The translations under genes and the position numbers were made by a program. A stretch of 64,000 nucleotides of DNA, taken from contig CAZEKJ010000005.1 in NCBI GenBank assembly GCA_964512915.1, positions 10,394-74,393 of the forward strand, read 5' to 3'. The stretch's first letter is position 1. The number at the start of each line of letters is the position of its first letter. Below, in pieces: positions 34,925 through 42,927 of the stretch. This DNA is from an uncultured Porphyromonadaceae bacterium (lineage in GTDB: Bacteria > Bacteroidota > Bacteroidia > Bacteroidales > UBA12481). A model generated the notes under the pieces. It did not search any database. It had not been told where the DNA came from and saw only the letters and a list, made by a program, of their open reading frames with translations.

Positions 34925-37402
34925 ATGAAAACTGAATGGTCACGAATATTTTCCCGGTGCATAGGCGGGGCTCTTTACGGAATCCTGTTTATTCTGATCA
35001 TGGGCGGTTGCGAATATATCCTCCCCAACAAGCCTCCGTATGTTGAAAAAACGAGTCCAGTGGATGATGCGGCCTTCAATATCGGCTCGGTAATTCCTTT
35101 TAAAGTCAATGCATACGATGTGGATGGCTCGATTGATTCCGTTGTTTTCAGGGCTCCGGGCTCTGCCGCTTTTATTGATGCGGTGGCTCCTTATGAATTT
35201 AACTGGAATACTGCCGGAATGTCCGAAGGGGCTTTTCAGGTTGAGATCAGTGCAATAGACAATGACGACGAACCCTATATTATCAAGGTAGCGGTGCGCC
35301 TGGTTGGCTCAACGCAGGCCCGTGCCGGGGAAGACGCTACCGTTTCCACCTCATCCACAACCTATATCCTTCAGGCTGAGGCTCCAACTAGCGGAACCGG
35401 CACCTGGTCTATTGTTGCAGGCACAGGAGGACAGATTTCAGATGTTAACAACCCCAATGCCACTCTCACGGGTGTTCCCTGCCAGGCCTATATCCTGAGG
35501 TGGACCGTGGCCAATGTGGTAAGCCAGTCCTCAGATGATGTCCTCATTCGCTTCATGCATCTGCCGAGCATTTCCTTTGCAGGAGCTGACCAGATTGTTG
35601 GCAACGGCATTACAACCGTTACCCTCGGTGCCAGTATTCCATCAGAAGGCACCGGCATGTGGAAGATAGAAACCGGGGGAGAGGGAGTTTTTAGCGATAT
35701 GGCCCAGCCGGCGTCACTATTTACCGGCCAGGCCTGCACGAACTACCGGCTTGTATGGTCGGTTTCAACGGCCTGTGCTGTATCCAGCGATACGGTGGAT
35801 ATCCGGTTTGAACAGTATACAGTTGAAGCCTCTGCCGGGCCCGATCAGTTCTCACTAGACGGCCGGACCGCTACAACCCTTGCGGGAAATACCCCTGTTA
35901 TCGGAACCGGAACCTGGACAATTATTGCCGGATCAGCCGGGCAGTTCAGCGACCCCAATTCACCCAATGCCTTGTTCAGCGGTCAGATCTGCCAGACCTA
36001 TATCCCCCGTTGGACTGTCTCCACAGCATGCGGCTCACGCCGAGATGATGTGGTGATCACTTTTGATCATATACCGTCGGATGCAATGGCAGGTCCCGAT
36101 ATCAGGCTGACAGGAACCTCACGCTCAGTGACCCTTGCAGGCAATGTGCCGGAGCAGGGGAGCGGCGAATGGGAAATTGTAAGCGGTTCCGGCGGAGTCA
36201 TTGACAGTCCCGGTGAAGCAAGATCCCTTTTTACAGGCCAGCCCTGTGAAACCTATATTCTTCGTTGGACAATCTCAACACAGTGCGACGCATCTTCCGA
36301 TCAGATGACCATCGTCATAATTGATCTGCCTTCAGAAGCAAATGCGGGGCCCGACCAGAAACTGGTTGACGGTTCAACCGATACCGAACTGAATGCGAAC
36401 CTGCCGCTCAATGGAACCGGCATGTGGAGCATTACGGATGGCGGAACCGGAATTTTTTCCGATCCAGAGGACCCGCATGCAACCTTCTCAGGTGAGTTAT
36501 GCAGCAGCTATACCCTGCGCTGGACCATTTCAACCGATTGCGAATCAAGCTCGGATGAAATGACCGTTGTGTTTAATGAAATCAATATTCAGGCAGACGC
36601 CGGTCCGGATCAGAGCCTGACGAACGGAACCATAAGCACCCGGATGAATGCAAACAGCCCGGGCCAGGCTATGTCAGGCACATGGACCGTTGTAAATGGA
36701 ACAGGTGGCAGCTTTACAGATGAAAATGCCCCCGAAACAATCTTTAGCGGTCAGCTCGGACAGGTATATAAACTCAAATGGTCACTCAACAGCTCGTGCG
36801 CCGAAAACTCTGATATAGTTCTTATTGCCTTCCTGAACAGTCAGGTTCTCTATGATGCACGTGACGGGCAGGCCTATTTTACCATTGGCCTGGGTAACCA
36901 GGTATGGATGGCCTCTAACCTGAACTTCACAACCAACGAGGGCAGCTATGCCTTTGGAAACACGCCCTCCAACGCAACAACTTATGGCCGTCTATATACC
37001 TGGGCTGCTGCATCAGGGGCATGCCCTACAGGCTGGCACCTGCCTTCCGACGGGGAATGGCGCCAACTCGAAAAAGTGCTGGGCATGGACGAGTCAACCA
37101 CCCTGCTGGAATGGTACAGGGGAGTTGATGAAGGTGGTATGCTTAAGGAAGCCGGACTGGGTAGATGGCAAAACCCAAATACGGGCGCTACCAATATAGC
37201 TGCCTTTAAAGCACTTCCTGGTGGATACCGCACCCCGAGTGCTACTTTTGGCGGATTAACCAGTCATGCAGGATTCTGGACCACAACGGTCAACGACGAT
37301 AATAAAGCCATGTACAGGGCGCTCCATAAAGATAAAGCCCAGATCGGGCGCGACTGGAGTGAAACAGGATATGGATTTTCGGTAAGGTGTGTTAAAAATT
37401 AG
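34925..37402 (+). CDS. large surface lipoprotein: Ig-like domain + six ~85-aa Cys-containing repeats + C-terminal FISUMP (Fibrobacter succinogenes major paralogous) domain
   Basis: Lipobox IMGGC. The C-terminus matches the FISUMP pattern: YDARDGQAYFTIGLGNQVWMASNLNF...YGRLYTWAAA...CPTGWHLPSDGEWRQLE...GFSVRCVKN. Confidence 0.75.
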   Translation: MKTEWSRIFSRCIGGALYGILFILIMGGCEYILPNKPPYVEKTSPVDDAAFNIGSVIPFKVNAYDVDGSIDSVVFRAPGSAAFIDAVAPYEFNWNTAGMSEGAFQVEISAIDNDDEPYIIKVAVRLVGSTQARAGEDATVSTSSTTYILQAEAPTSGTGTWSIVAGTGGQISDVNNPNATLTGVPCQAYILRWTVANVVSQSSDDVLIRFMHLPSISFAGADQIVGNGITTVTLGASIPSEGTGMWKIETGGEGVFSDMAQPASLFTGQACTNYRLVWSVSTACAVSSDTVDIRFEQYTVEASAGPDQFSLDGRTATTLAGNTPVIGTGTWTIIAGSAGQFSDPNSPNALFSGQICQTYIPRWTVSTACGSRRDDVVITFDHIPSDAMAGPDIRLTGTSRSVTLAGNVPEQGSGEWEIVSGSGGVIDSPGEARSLFTGQPCETYILRWTISTQCDASSDQMTIVIIDLPSEANAGPDQKLVDGSTDTELNANLPLNGTGMWSITDGGTGIFSDPEDPHATFSGELCSSYTLRWTISTDCESSSDEMTVVFNEINIQADAGPDQSLTNGTISTRMNANSPGQAMSGTWTVVNGTGGSFTDENAPETIFSGQLGQVYKLKWSLNSSCAENSDIVLIAFLNSQVLYDARDGQAYFTIGLGNQVWMASNLNFTTNEGSYAFGNTPSNATTYGRLYTWAAASGACPTGWHLPSDGEWRQLEKVLGMDESTTLLEWYRGVDEGGMLKEAGLGRWQNPNTGATNIAAFKALPGGYRTPSATFGGLTSHAGFWTTTVNDDNKAMYRALHKDKAQIGRDWSETGYGFSVRCVKN
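35321..36850 (+). repeat. six tandem protein-level repeats (~255 nt each) inside the CDS
   Basis: Each unit reads AGPDQ...G(T/S)G.W.I..G.GG.FSD...P.A.F(S/T)G..C..Y.LRWT.ST.C..SSD.....F. Boundaries are approximate. The DNA copies are diverged. Confidence 0.8.
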
Positions 37403-37461
37403 GATGGCATCATAATCTTCCCGCCTTTCCGTTATTCATTCATTACCGGATAGAATTCCAT

Positions 37462-38919
37462 ATGAAAAAACTCCTGTCCATCGGTGCCGGCTTACTGATT
37501 CTGATTTGGCTGTGGTCCTGCGAACAAAACAATCCCATTGTCGACCCCGGTGCAAAGCTCGGCTTCTCAACCGATACCGTACTTTTTGATACCATCTTCA
37601 CCACAGTTGGCTCAACGACCCTGAATTTCAGAGTCTATAACCCACATACCCAGCCGATTGTCATCGACAGGATCTCCCTGGCAAATACTCCGGGCACACC
37701 GTTCCGGCTTAACATCAACGGGCGCCAGTCCAATTCCCTCGATAAAGTGGAAATCCCGGCCAACGACAGTATCTATATTTTTGTTGAGGTCACACTAAAC
37801 CCCAACGGACAATACCTTCCCATGGTCATTCAGGATTCTGTAGTCTTCCAAACCAACGGCAATACCCAGGATGTTGATCTGGTAGCGTTCGGGCAGGACG
37901 TGCACCTGATTAACGGCGAGATCCTTAAAACCCGAACCTGGATCAACGATAAACCTTACCTGGTCTATAATTCCATGCTGGTGGATTCGCTTCAAACCCT
38001 GACTATCGAACCGGGTACCCGGATTCACTTCCACAAGGGATCCTCCATGCTTGTCAAAGGAACCCTGCGTGCACGCGGCACACTGGAAGACCCTGTCAGC
38101 TTTCAGGGTGACAGGCTCGAAGCCATGTATGACAACATCCCTGGCCAATGGGGTGCCTGGATCGATTATGAAAGCGGGGCTACCTACATTCTCGGTGGCA
38201 TACATTTTCTCAATGGCAGCAAAGACAATGAAATCCGATATTCAATCATCAAAAACGCCATGAAAGGTATACAGGTTGATACCTTGGCCAATACCTCGAA
38301 ACCAACCCTCACCATCTCAGATACCCGGATTGAAAACATGTCGGTGGCCGGAATTTATGCCCAAAGCACAACCATTCTGGCAACTAACTGCCTGGTGGCA
38401 AACTGCGGGTCGTGGTGCGTCGCCCTTACTTTAGGTGGAGCTTACGAATTTTATCACTGCACCCTGTCAAATAATTATGGTTACGGCGCCCGGACAGAGC
38501 CAGCCGTTATGCTGAACAATTTCTTTGTCTATGATGGCACCGCCTATGTCTACCACCTGACCAACGCCCTCTTTACCAACTGCATCATAACCGGTACACG
38601 CAGTATGGAAATAGAATTGATCAACACCATCGACAAAAAACCGGTACCAGGTCAGTTCAATTATGTTTTCGACCATTGCCTGGTTAAGGTTGATACGATG
38701 AATACCAGCAATCCTGACCATTGGGTCGGTATCATTAAAAACCTGGACCCCCGGTTTGCCTCATTGTCTGCCCGTGATTACCAGATAGATTCTCTTTCCC
38801 CTGCCAGGGATTTGGCCAATCCTGCTTATTCACAGTTCCTTCCCAGGGATTTGATGGGCAATCCACGGCTGTCAGACGGAAAGCCGGATATTGGTGCTTA
38901 TGAATATATCAAGAGATGA
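37462..38919 (+). CDS. lipoprotein with probable right-handed beta-helix region
   Basis: Lipobox LWSC. Repetitive beta-helix-like middle region. The C-terminal ...DGKPDIGAYEY recalls choice-of-anchor-Q / pectate-lyase-fold proteins. Confidence 0.45.
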   Translation: MKKLLSIGAGLLILIWLWSCEQNNPIVDPGAKLGFSTDTVLFDTIFTTVGSTTLNFRVYNPHTQPIVIDRISLANTPGTPFRLNINGRQSNSLDKVEIPANDSIYIFVEVTLNPNGQYLPMVIQDSVVFQTNGNTQDVDLVAFGQDVHLINGEILKTRTWINDKPYLVYNSMLVDSLQTLTIEPGTRIHFHKGSSMLVKGTLRARGTLEDPVSFQGDRLEAMYDNIPGQWGAWIDYESGATYILGGIHFLNGSKDNEIRYSIIKNAMKGIQVDTLANTSKPTLTISDTRIENMSVAGIYAQSTTILATNCLVANCGSWCVALTLGGAYEFYHCTLSNNYGYGARTEPAVMLNNFFVYDGTAYVYHLTNALFTNCIITGTRSMEIELINTIDKKPVPGQFNYVFDHCLVKVDTMNTSNPDHWVGIIKNLDPRFASLSARDYQIDSLSPARDLANPAYSQFLPRDLMGNPRLSDGKPDIGAYEYIKR

Positions 38920-39968
38920 GAGTATTCCTCCTGATTTGCCTGATTCCGATACTGCTCGCCGGCTCTTGCGAGAAAGAGAAGCCTGCGGCTAACGTTGACA
39001 GAAACCCGCATTACCGGGTGATGTTTTACAACGTGGAGAACTTGTTTGATGCCGAAGATGATCCCCTGATCAATGATGCTGAGTTCCTTCCGGCCAGCGA
39101 GAAAAAATGGACCGATGAGCGGTACCAGGATAAACTGGATAAGATTGCCAGGATCATTGGCGAGGTGGGGCATGATACGCTGCCGATTCTGGTAGGCCTG
39201 TGTGAAGTCGAGAACCGGCGCACCCTGGATGACCTGCTGTCAAAGCCCCCGCTGGCCAACCAGGATTACCGGATTGTGCATCGCGAATCCCCTGATTACC
39301 GGGGTATCGATGTAGCTTTGCTCTATCGGGCTAACTATTTTGAGCTTCTTAGCCAACACTTTTTCCCAATCTGGTTTCCGTTCGATACTGCAGTGAGAAC
39401 CCGTGAGATCCTCTATGTAAAGGGCATTCTGGGCAAAAAGGACACACTTCATGTTTTTGTAAATCACTGGCCGTCAAGGTCATCGGGGGAGGTGCAAAGC
39501 CGCCCGCTCCGCGCATTCGTCGCCAGCGCCGTGCGTGCCCGCGTGGATTCAATACTGTCCGGGAACAACCATGCCAATATTATCATTACCGGAGATTTTA
39601 ATGATGAACCCCAGGATCTGAGTGTAGTATCAGCATTAAGGGCGCAGCTAACCTTCGGGGATCCGAAACCGGGGGAACTTTATGACCTGACCACAATCCT
39701 GAAATCGGGATTCCCAGGCGGGACCTACAAATACAGGGGAACCTGGAACCAGCTGGATCACATGGTCATTTCAGGAAGCCTTATGGACACAACCCGGAGC
39801 CTCTATGCCAGAACGGCAGACATGCACGTGTTCGCCCCTTCAAGAATTCTCGAAGAGGACAAAGAATATATGGGCGAACGGCCCTTTCGAACCTACCTGG
39901 GACCTTATTACCACGGAGGGTACTCCGATCACCTGCCGGTGTTTCTCGATATACACTTTAGAAGATAG
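38916..39968 (+). CDS. endonuclease/exonuclease/phosphatase (EEP) family lipoprotein
   Basis: Lipobox LLAGSC. The YRVMFYNVENLFD, GLCEVEN and SDHLPV motifs are typical of EEP. ATGA overlap with the upstream gene. Confidence 0.75.
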   Translation: MRVFLLICLIPILLAGSCEKEKPAANVDRNPHYRVMFYNVENLFDAEDDPLINDAEFLPASEKKWTDERYQDKLDKIARIIGEVGHDTLPILVGLCEVENRRTLDDLLSKPPLANQDYRIVHRESPDYRGIDVALLYRANYFELLSQHFFPIWFPFDTAVRTREILYVKGILGKKDTLHVFVNHWPSRSSGEVQSRPLRAFVASAVRARVDSILSGNNHANIIITGDFNDEPQDLSVVSALRAQLTFGDPKPGELYDLTTILKSGFPGGTYKYRGTWNQLDHMVISGSLMDTTRSLYARTADMHVFAPSRILEEDKEYMGERPFRTYLGPYYHGGYSDHLPVFLDIHFRR

Positions 39969-40026
39969 TTGCCGGTTGGAAGACAGTTCCCGGTTGCCGG
40001 TTACCAGTTACCGGTTAGGCCAGAAC
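39968..40026. repeat. heptamer array GTTGCCG/GTTACCG + junction GGCCAGAAC (40018-40026)
   Basis: Starts within the TAG stop of the EEP gene (TAGTTGCCGG). Confidence 0.9.
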
Positions 40027-40028
40027 TT

Positions 40029-40063
40029 TCTCCCGACTCCCGTCTCCCGTCTCCCGTCTCCCA
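40029..40063. repeat. heptamer array TCTCCCG/ACTCCCG (5 units)
   Basis: Counted by hand. Confidence 0.85.
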
Positions 40064-40118
40064 GTCTCTTGGTCTTAAAGTCTAACAGTCTTAAAGTCTA
40101 ACAGTCTCTAAGTCTTCC
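40064..40118. repeat. AGTCTTAA/AGTCTAAC octamer/16-mer array
   Basis: Its last units contain the stop and the last three codons of the flavin reductase gene. Confidence 0.85.
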
Positions 40119-40674
40119 TCGAAACGCTGTACCCAAACGTCCCGATCCTCTTACCGACTACGCAGTAGCTTCCATGGACATAGGTGATAAGGCTTGAATC
40201 CAGCAGGTTGAGCTTTCCGGTATCGGGGTGGATCAGCTTTTGATTGACCTGGATGTTGGTCACTTCGGCGAGAAACATATGGTGGCAGCCAAGCTCCTTG
40301 ATCTCTGTTACCTTGCACTCAATATTGACCGGGGATTCCATTACAATGGGGGCCTGGATGGTTTTCGAAAGGCCGGGAGTCAGCTTCATTTCCTGAAATT
40401 TGTTGAAATCCCTTCCTGATCTGACTCCGCACCAATCGACCTTTTTGGTCATTTCGATAGTAGTCAGGTTTATAACAAACTCACCGGTTCTCTTCAGGAT
40501 TTCGTAGGAGTGCCGCTCAGGCCTGACACTGATGTAACACATGGGCGGATTGGTACAGACGGTGCCTGTCCAGGCAATCGTTATCAGGTTATACTCATCC
40601 GGCTGCCTGCCGCAGCTTACCAGTACGGCAGGCACCGGGTAAACCATGGTGCCGGGCTTAAAATCAGTTTTCAT
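40108..40674 (-). CDS. flavin reductase-like (FMN-binding split-barrel) protein
   Basis: [12 protein letters not shown]...[33 protein letters not shown] is typical of the Flavin_Reduct domain. Confidence 0.8.
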   Translation of the reverse strand: MKTDFKPGTMVYPVPAVLVSCGRQPDEYNLITIAWTGTVCTNPPMCYISVRPERHSYEILKRTGEFVINLTTIEMTKKVDWCGVRSGRDFNKFQEMKLTPGLSKTIQAPIVMESPVNIECKVTEIKELGCHHMFLAEVTNIQVNQKLIHPDTGKLNLLDSSLITYVHGSYCVVGKRIGTFGYSVSRKT

Positions 40675-42127
40675 GCTGAGTAGGAATGTCAGTCAGTGGT
40701 TTTTCGAAGCCTGGCTTCGGCGAAAGCCCCATCTCTGCGGCCGACCGAACCATCAGCTCCCAGGCCTCTTCCCGGTCGTTGTGGATGATCCCGTCCAGTA
40801 TGGCATCCTTAATCCGGTTTTTCAGAATCCCAACTGGTTTACTGGGGGCCAGGTCGAAAACCTCCATGATCTCTTCACCGCTGATCGGTGGCTGCCAGTT
40901 GCGAACGCGGTCCTTCTCCTCAATCTCAATGAGTTTTTGTCTCACCAATTGGAAATTATTCAGATAACGGTCGACCTTTTCCCGGATTCCGGAAGTAATG
41001 TCAGCTTCGCATAGGGTCATCAGATCATCAATGTCATCACCGGCTTCAAACAAAAGCCGCCTCACGGCAGAATCTGTAACAATCTCCTGCGACAGAACAA
41101 TAGGCCGCATGTGCAGGTGGACGATTTTTTCAACAAATTTCATCTTCTCATTCATCGGGAGCTTCATTCTGCGGAAAATAACCGGAACCATGCGCGCACC
41201 GTAATGATTGTGCCCGTGAAAGGTCCAGCCATTCTCCCGATCAAAACGCTTGGTTGCAGGCTTGGCAATATCATGCAGCAGGGTAGCCCACCTGAGCCAG
41301 AGATCATCGGTATTCGGGCAAATATTATCCAGCACGCGGATCGTGTGATAGAAATTGTCCTTGTGCCGTATTCCATTCTTTTCTTCGATTCCTTTCAGCG
41401 CATGCATTTCAGGGAAGATCAGCTGCAGAAGACCCGATTCATCGAGCAGCCGGAAGCCGATAGAAGGTTTCGGCGACAGGATAATTTTGTTGAGCTCATC
41501 AGATACCCGCTCCGTCGAAACAATGCTGATCCGTTCGCGGTTCCGGACAATCGATTTAAAGGTCTCCTCTTCAATGTGGAACTTCAGCTGTGTGGCAAAA
41601 CGGATAGCCCTCATCATCCGGAGGGGATCATCCGAAAAAGTGGTGTCAGGCTCCAGTGGTGTCCGGATCAACCGGTCCTGAAGGTCCTGAATCCCATTGA
41701 AGGGATCGATCAGCTCTCCATAATTTTCAGGATTAAGACTGATTGCCAATGCGTTGATTGTGAAGTCCCTGCGCTTCTGATCATCCTCCAGGGTACCGCT
41801 TTCTACGGCTGGCTTCCTGGAGTCGGGAGAGTAGGACTCCCGGCGGGCACCTACAAATTCAATTTCAAAATCACGGTACCGGATCATCGCTGTGCCGAAC
41901 GTCCGGAAAATCTGTATTCTCTTGCTCCCAAGGCGCTCTGCAACCTTTTGCGCCAGTTCGATTCCGCTGCCCAGGGTGACAATATCGATATCCTTCGATT
42001 GACGCTGCAGAATCAGGTCACGAACATAGCCACCGATCACAAATGCGGGTTGGCCCAATTCCTGGGCTACGGATGAAACTGACTTGAAAACCGGATGGTT
42101 AAGGTGTTCGCCTTGTTCTATTGCCAT
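40664..42127 (-). CDS. CCA tRNA nucleotidyltransferase / poly(A) polymerase family with HD domain
   Basis: [23 protein letters not shown] head domain, RDFTINALA, and an HD region (LLHDIAKP). I prefer the start at the ATG at 42127 (MAIEQGEH). The track's longer ORF would run through the divergent thioredoxin promoter region. Confidence 0.8.
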   Translation of the reverse strand: MAIEQGEHLNHPVFKSVSSVAQELGQPAFVIGGYVRDLILQRQSKDIDIVTLGSGIELAQKVAERLGSKRIQIFRTFGTAMIRYRDFEIEFVGARRESYSPDSRKPAVESGTLEDDQKRRDFTINALAISLNPENYGELIDPFNGIQDLQDRLIRTPLEPDTTFSDDPLRMMRAIRFATQLKFHIEEETFKSIVRNRERISIVSTERVSDELNKIILSPKPSIGFRLLDESGLLQLIFPEMHALKGIEEKNGIRHKDNFYHTIRVLDNICPNTDDLWLRWATLLHDIAKPATKRFDRENGWTFHGHNHYGARMVPVIFRRMKLPMNEKMKFVEKIVHLHMRPIVLSQEIVTDSAVRRLLFEAGDDIDDLMTLCEADITSGIREKVDRYLNNFQLVRQKLIEIEEKDRVRNWQPPISGEEIMEVFDLAPSKPVGILKNRIKDAILDGIIHNDREEAWELMVRSAAEMGLSPKPGFEKPLTDIPTQHEN

Positions 42128-42145
42128 TTTGTTCACTAAAACTGA

Positions 42146-42153
42146 CAAAATTA
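42146..42153 (-). promoter_or_regulatory. candidate -7 box (TAATTTTG on minus strand)
   Basis: Perfect TAnnTTTG, 19 nt upstream of the ATG at 42127. Confidence 0.4.
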
Positions 42154-42296
42154 CCATTTTTTCCGTCACCGGAGGAAAGGCATAGATATTGATATATCTA
42201 GTTAAATAAATAAATAAATTTACACCCGGATTTTCGGGAGATTTAAACTTTTTTATCCGAAAATTGTCTAACTTAGTGAAACCAGAAAGGAATTGC

Positions 42297-42662
42297 ATGG
42301 CACTTGAGCATTTAACACAGGAAACTTTCAAGTCGAAGGTTTTTAATTTTGAAGCAAACAGCGAATGGAAGTTCGAAGGAAAACTTCCTGCTGTTATCGA
42401 TTTCTATGCAGATTGGTGCGGGCCGTGCAAAATGGTAGCCCCTGTTCTGGAAGAACTTGCAACAGAGTATAAAGGAAAAATTGATATCTATAAAGTTGAC
42501 ACTGAAGCAGAACGAGAACTTGCTGGCATGTTCCAGATACAAAGTATCCCGTCGATCCTGTTTATTCCCGTAGAGGGACAACCGGCGATGGCCAAAGGAG
42601 CAATGCCGAAGGATTCTTTCGTTAAAGCTTTTTCTGATGTTTTAAAAGTCGATTTGGATTAG
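42297..42662 (+). CDS. thioredoxin
   Basis: WCGPCK active site. I prefer the ATG at 42297 ([11 protein letters not shown]) over the TTG at 42264. Confidence 0.9.
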   Translation: MALEHLTQETFKSKVFNFEANSEWKFEGKLPAVIDFYADWCGPCKMVAPVLEELATEYKGKIDIYKVDTEAERELAGMFQIQSIPSILFIPVEGQPAMAKGAMPKDSFVKAFSDVLKVDLD

Positions 42663-42694
42663 ATTTGTGATTTTGGTTTGTTTGGTTTGGGTTT
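42663..42694. repeat. T/G-rich units (ATTTGTG/ATTTTGG/TTTGTTTGG), same flavour as 3100-3140
   Basis: Begins at the nucleotide after the thioredoxin stop. Confidence 0.7.
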
Positions 42695-42695
42695 A

Positions 42696-42730
42696 GCCGG
42701 CCGGGGATTTCCCTGGTCGGCTTTTTTTTT
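42696..42730 (+). terminator. rho-independent terminator of thioredoxin
   Basis: GCCGGCCGGGG-ATTT-CCCTGGTCGGC stem (11 bp with two G-T wobbles), followed by T9 (42722-42730). Confidence 0.7.
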
Positions 42731-42757
42731 GTACAGACGCATGTATGCGTCCCGACA

Positions 42758-42790
42758 AATCGTAAATCGTCAATCGTAAATCGTCAATTT
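42758..42790. repeat. AATCGTA/AATCGTC heptamer array (TCGTAAA family)
   Basis: Counted by hand, ~4.7 units. Confidence 0.85.
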
Positions 42791-42793
42791 CAT

Positions 42794-42801
42794 TACCTTT
42801 G
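42794..42801 (+). promoter_or_regulatory. candidate -7 box TACCTTTG for the TPP-riboswitch transcript
   Basis: Perfect TAnnTTTG. The predicted start site falls at the 5' edge of the riboswitch. Confidence 0.45.
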
Positions 42802-42900
42802 CCCCGTCCTCTAAGGGGGTGCCTGAAAACAACGGGCTGAGATCATACCCTTAGTACCTGATCCGGATAATGCCGGCGAAGGGAGAATGGCCACGGGGAC
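42801..42900 (+). promoter_or_regulatory. TPP (THI-box) riboswitch
   Basis: GGGGTGCC...GGGCTGAGATCATACCCTTAGTACCTGATCCGGATAATGCCGGCGAAGGGA matches the conserved THI-element core (CUGAGA, ACCUGAUCYGGAUAAURCCRGCG). It lies 28 nt upstream of a TonB-dependent receptor. Confidence 0.85.
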
Positions 42901-42927
42901 TTTGGCCGGTTTTAATTGTAAAAAACG

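Noticed and set aside
4311-37402. Diversity-generating retroelement (Avd-like four-helix-bundle gene plus lectin-like FISUMP target protein)
   Set aside because: There is no reverse transcriptase ORF anywhere in the window. I could see no template/variable repeat pair resembling the 3' end of the 34925..37402 gene. The two genes are 30 kb apart.
862-40120. Integron-like gene cassettes, with imperfect palindromes after each gene and GTTRRRY-like cores (GTTGGGC at 22103-22109, GTTAGGC at 40014-40020)
   Set aside because: - There is no intI integrase.
- Genes and operons are in mixed orientations.
- Many units contain several genes.
- The palindromes are micro-tandem arrays rather than attC-type structures.
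- Other junction copies do not match the core consensus.
42128-42331. The N-terminal extension of the CCA-enzyme ORF, and similar track extensions at 22050, 26110, 26507, 45926, 52809, 14490 and 42264
   Set aside because: The extensions run into divergent promoters, terminators or repeat arrays, or precede obvious signal peptides or conserved N-termini. Internal ATG starts fit better.
939-42790. CRISPR arrays
   Set aside because: The repeats are 7-16 nt units in head-to-tail contact with no unique spacers, and there are no cas genes in the window.
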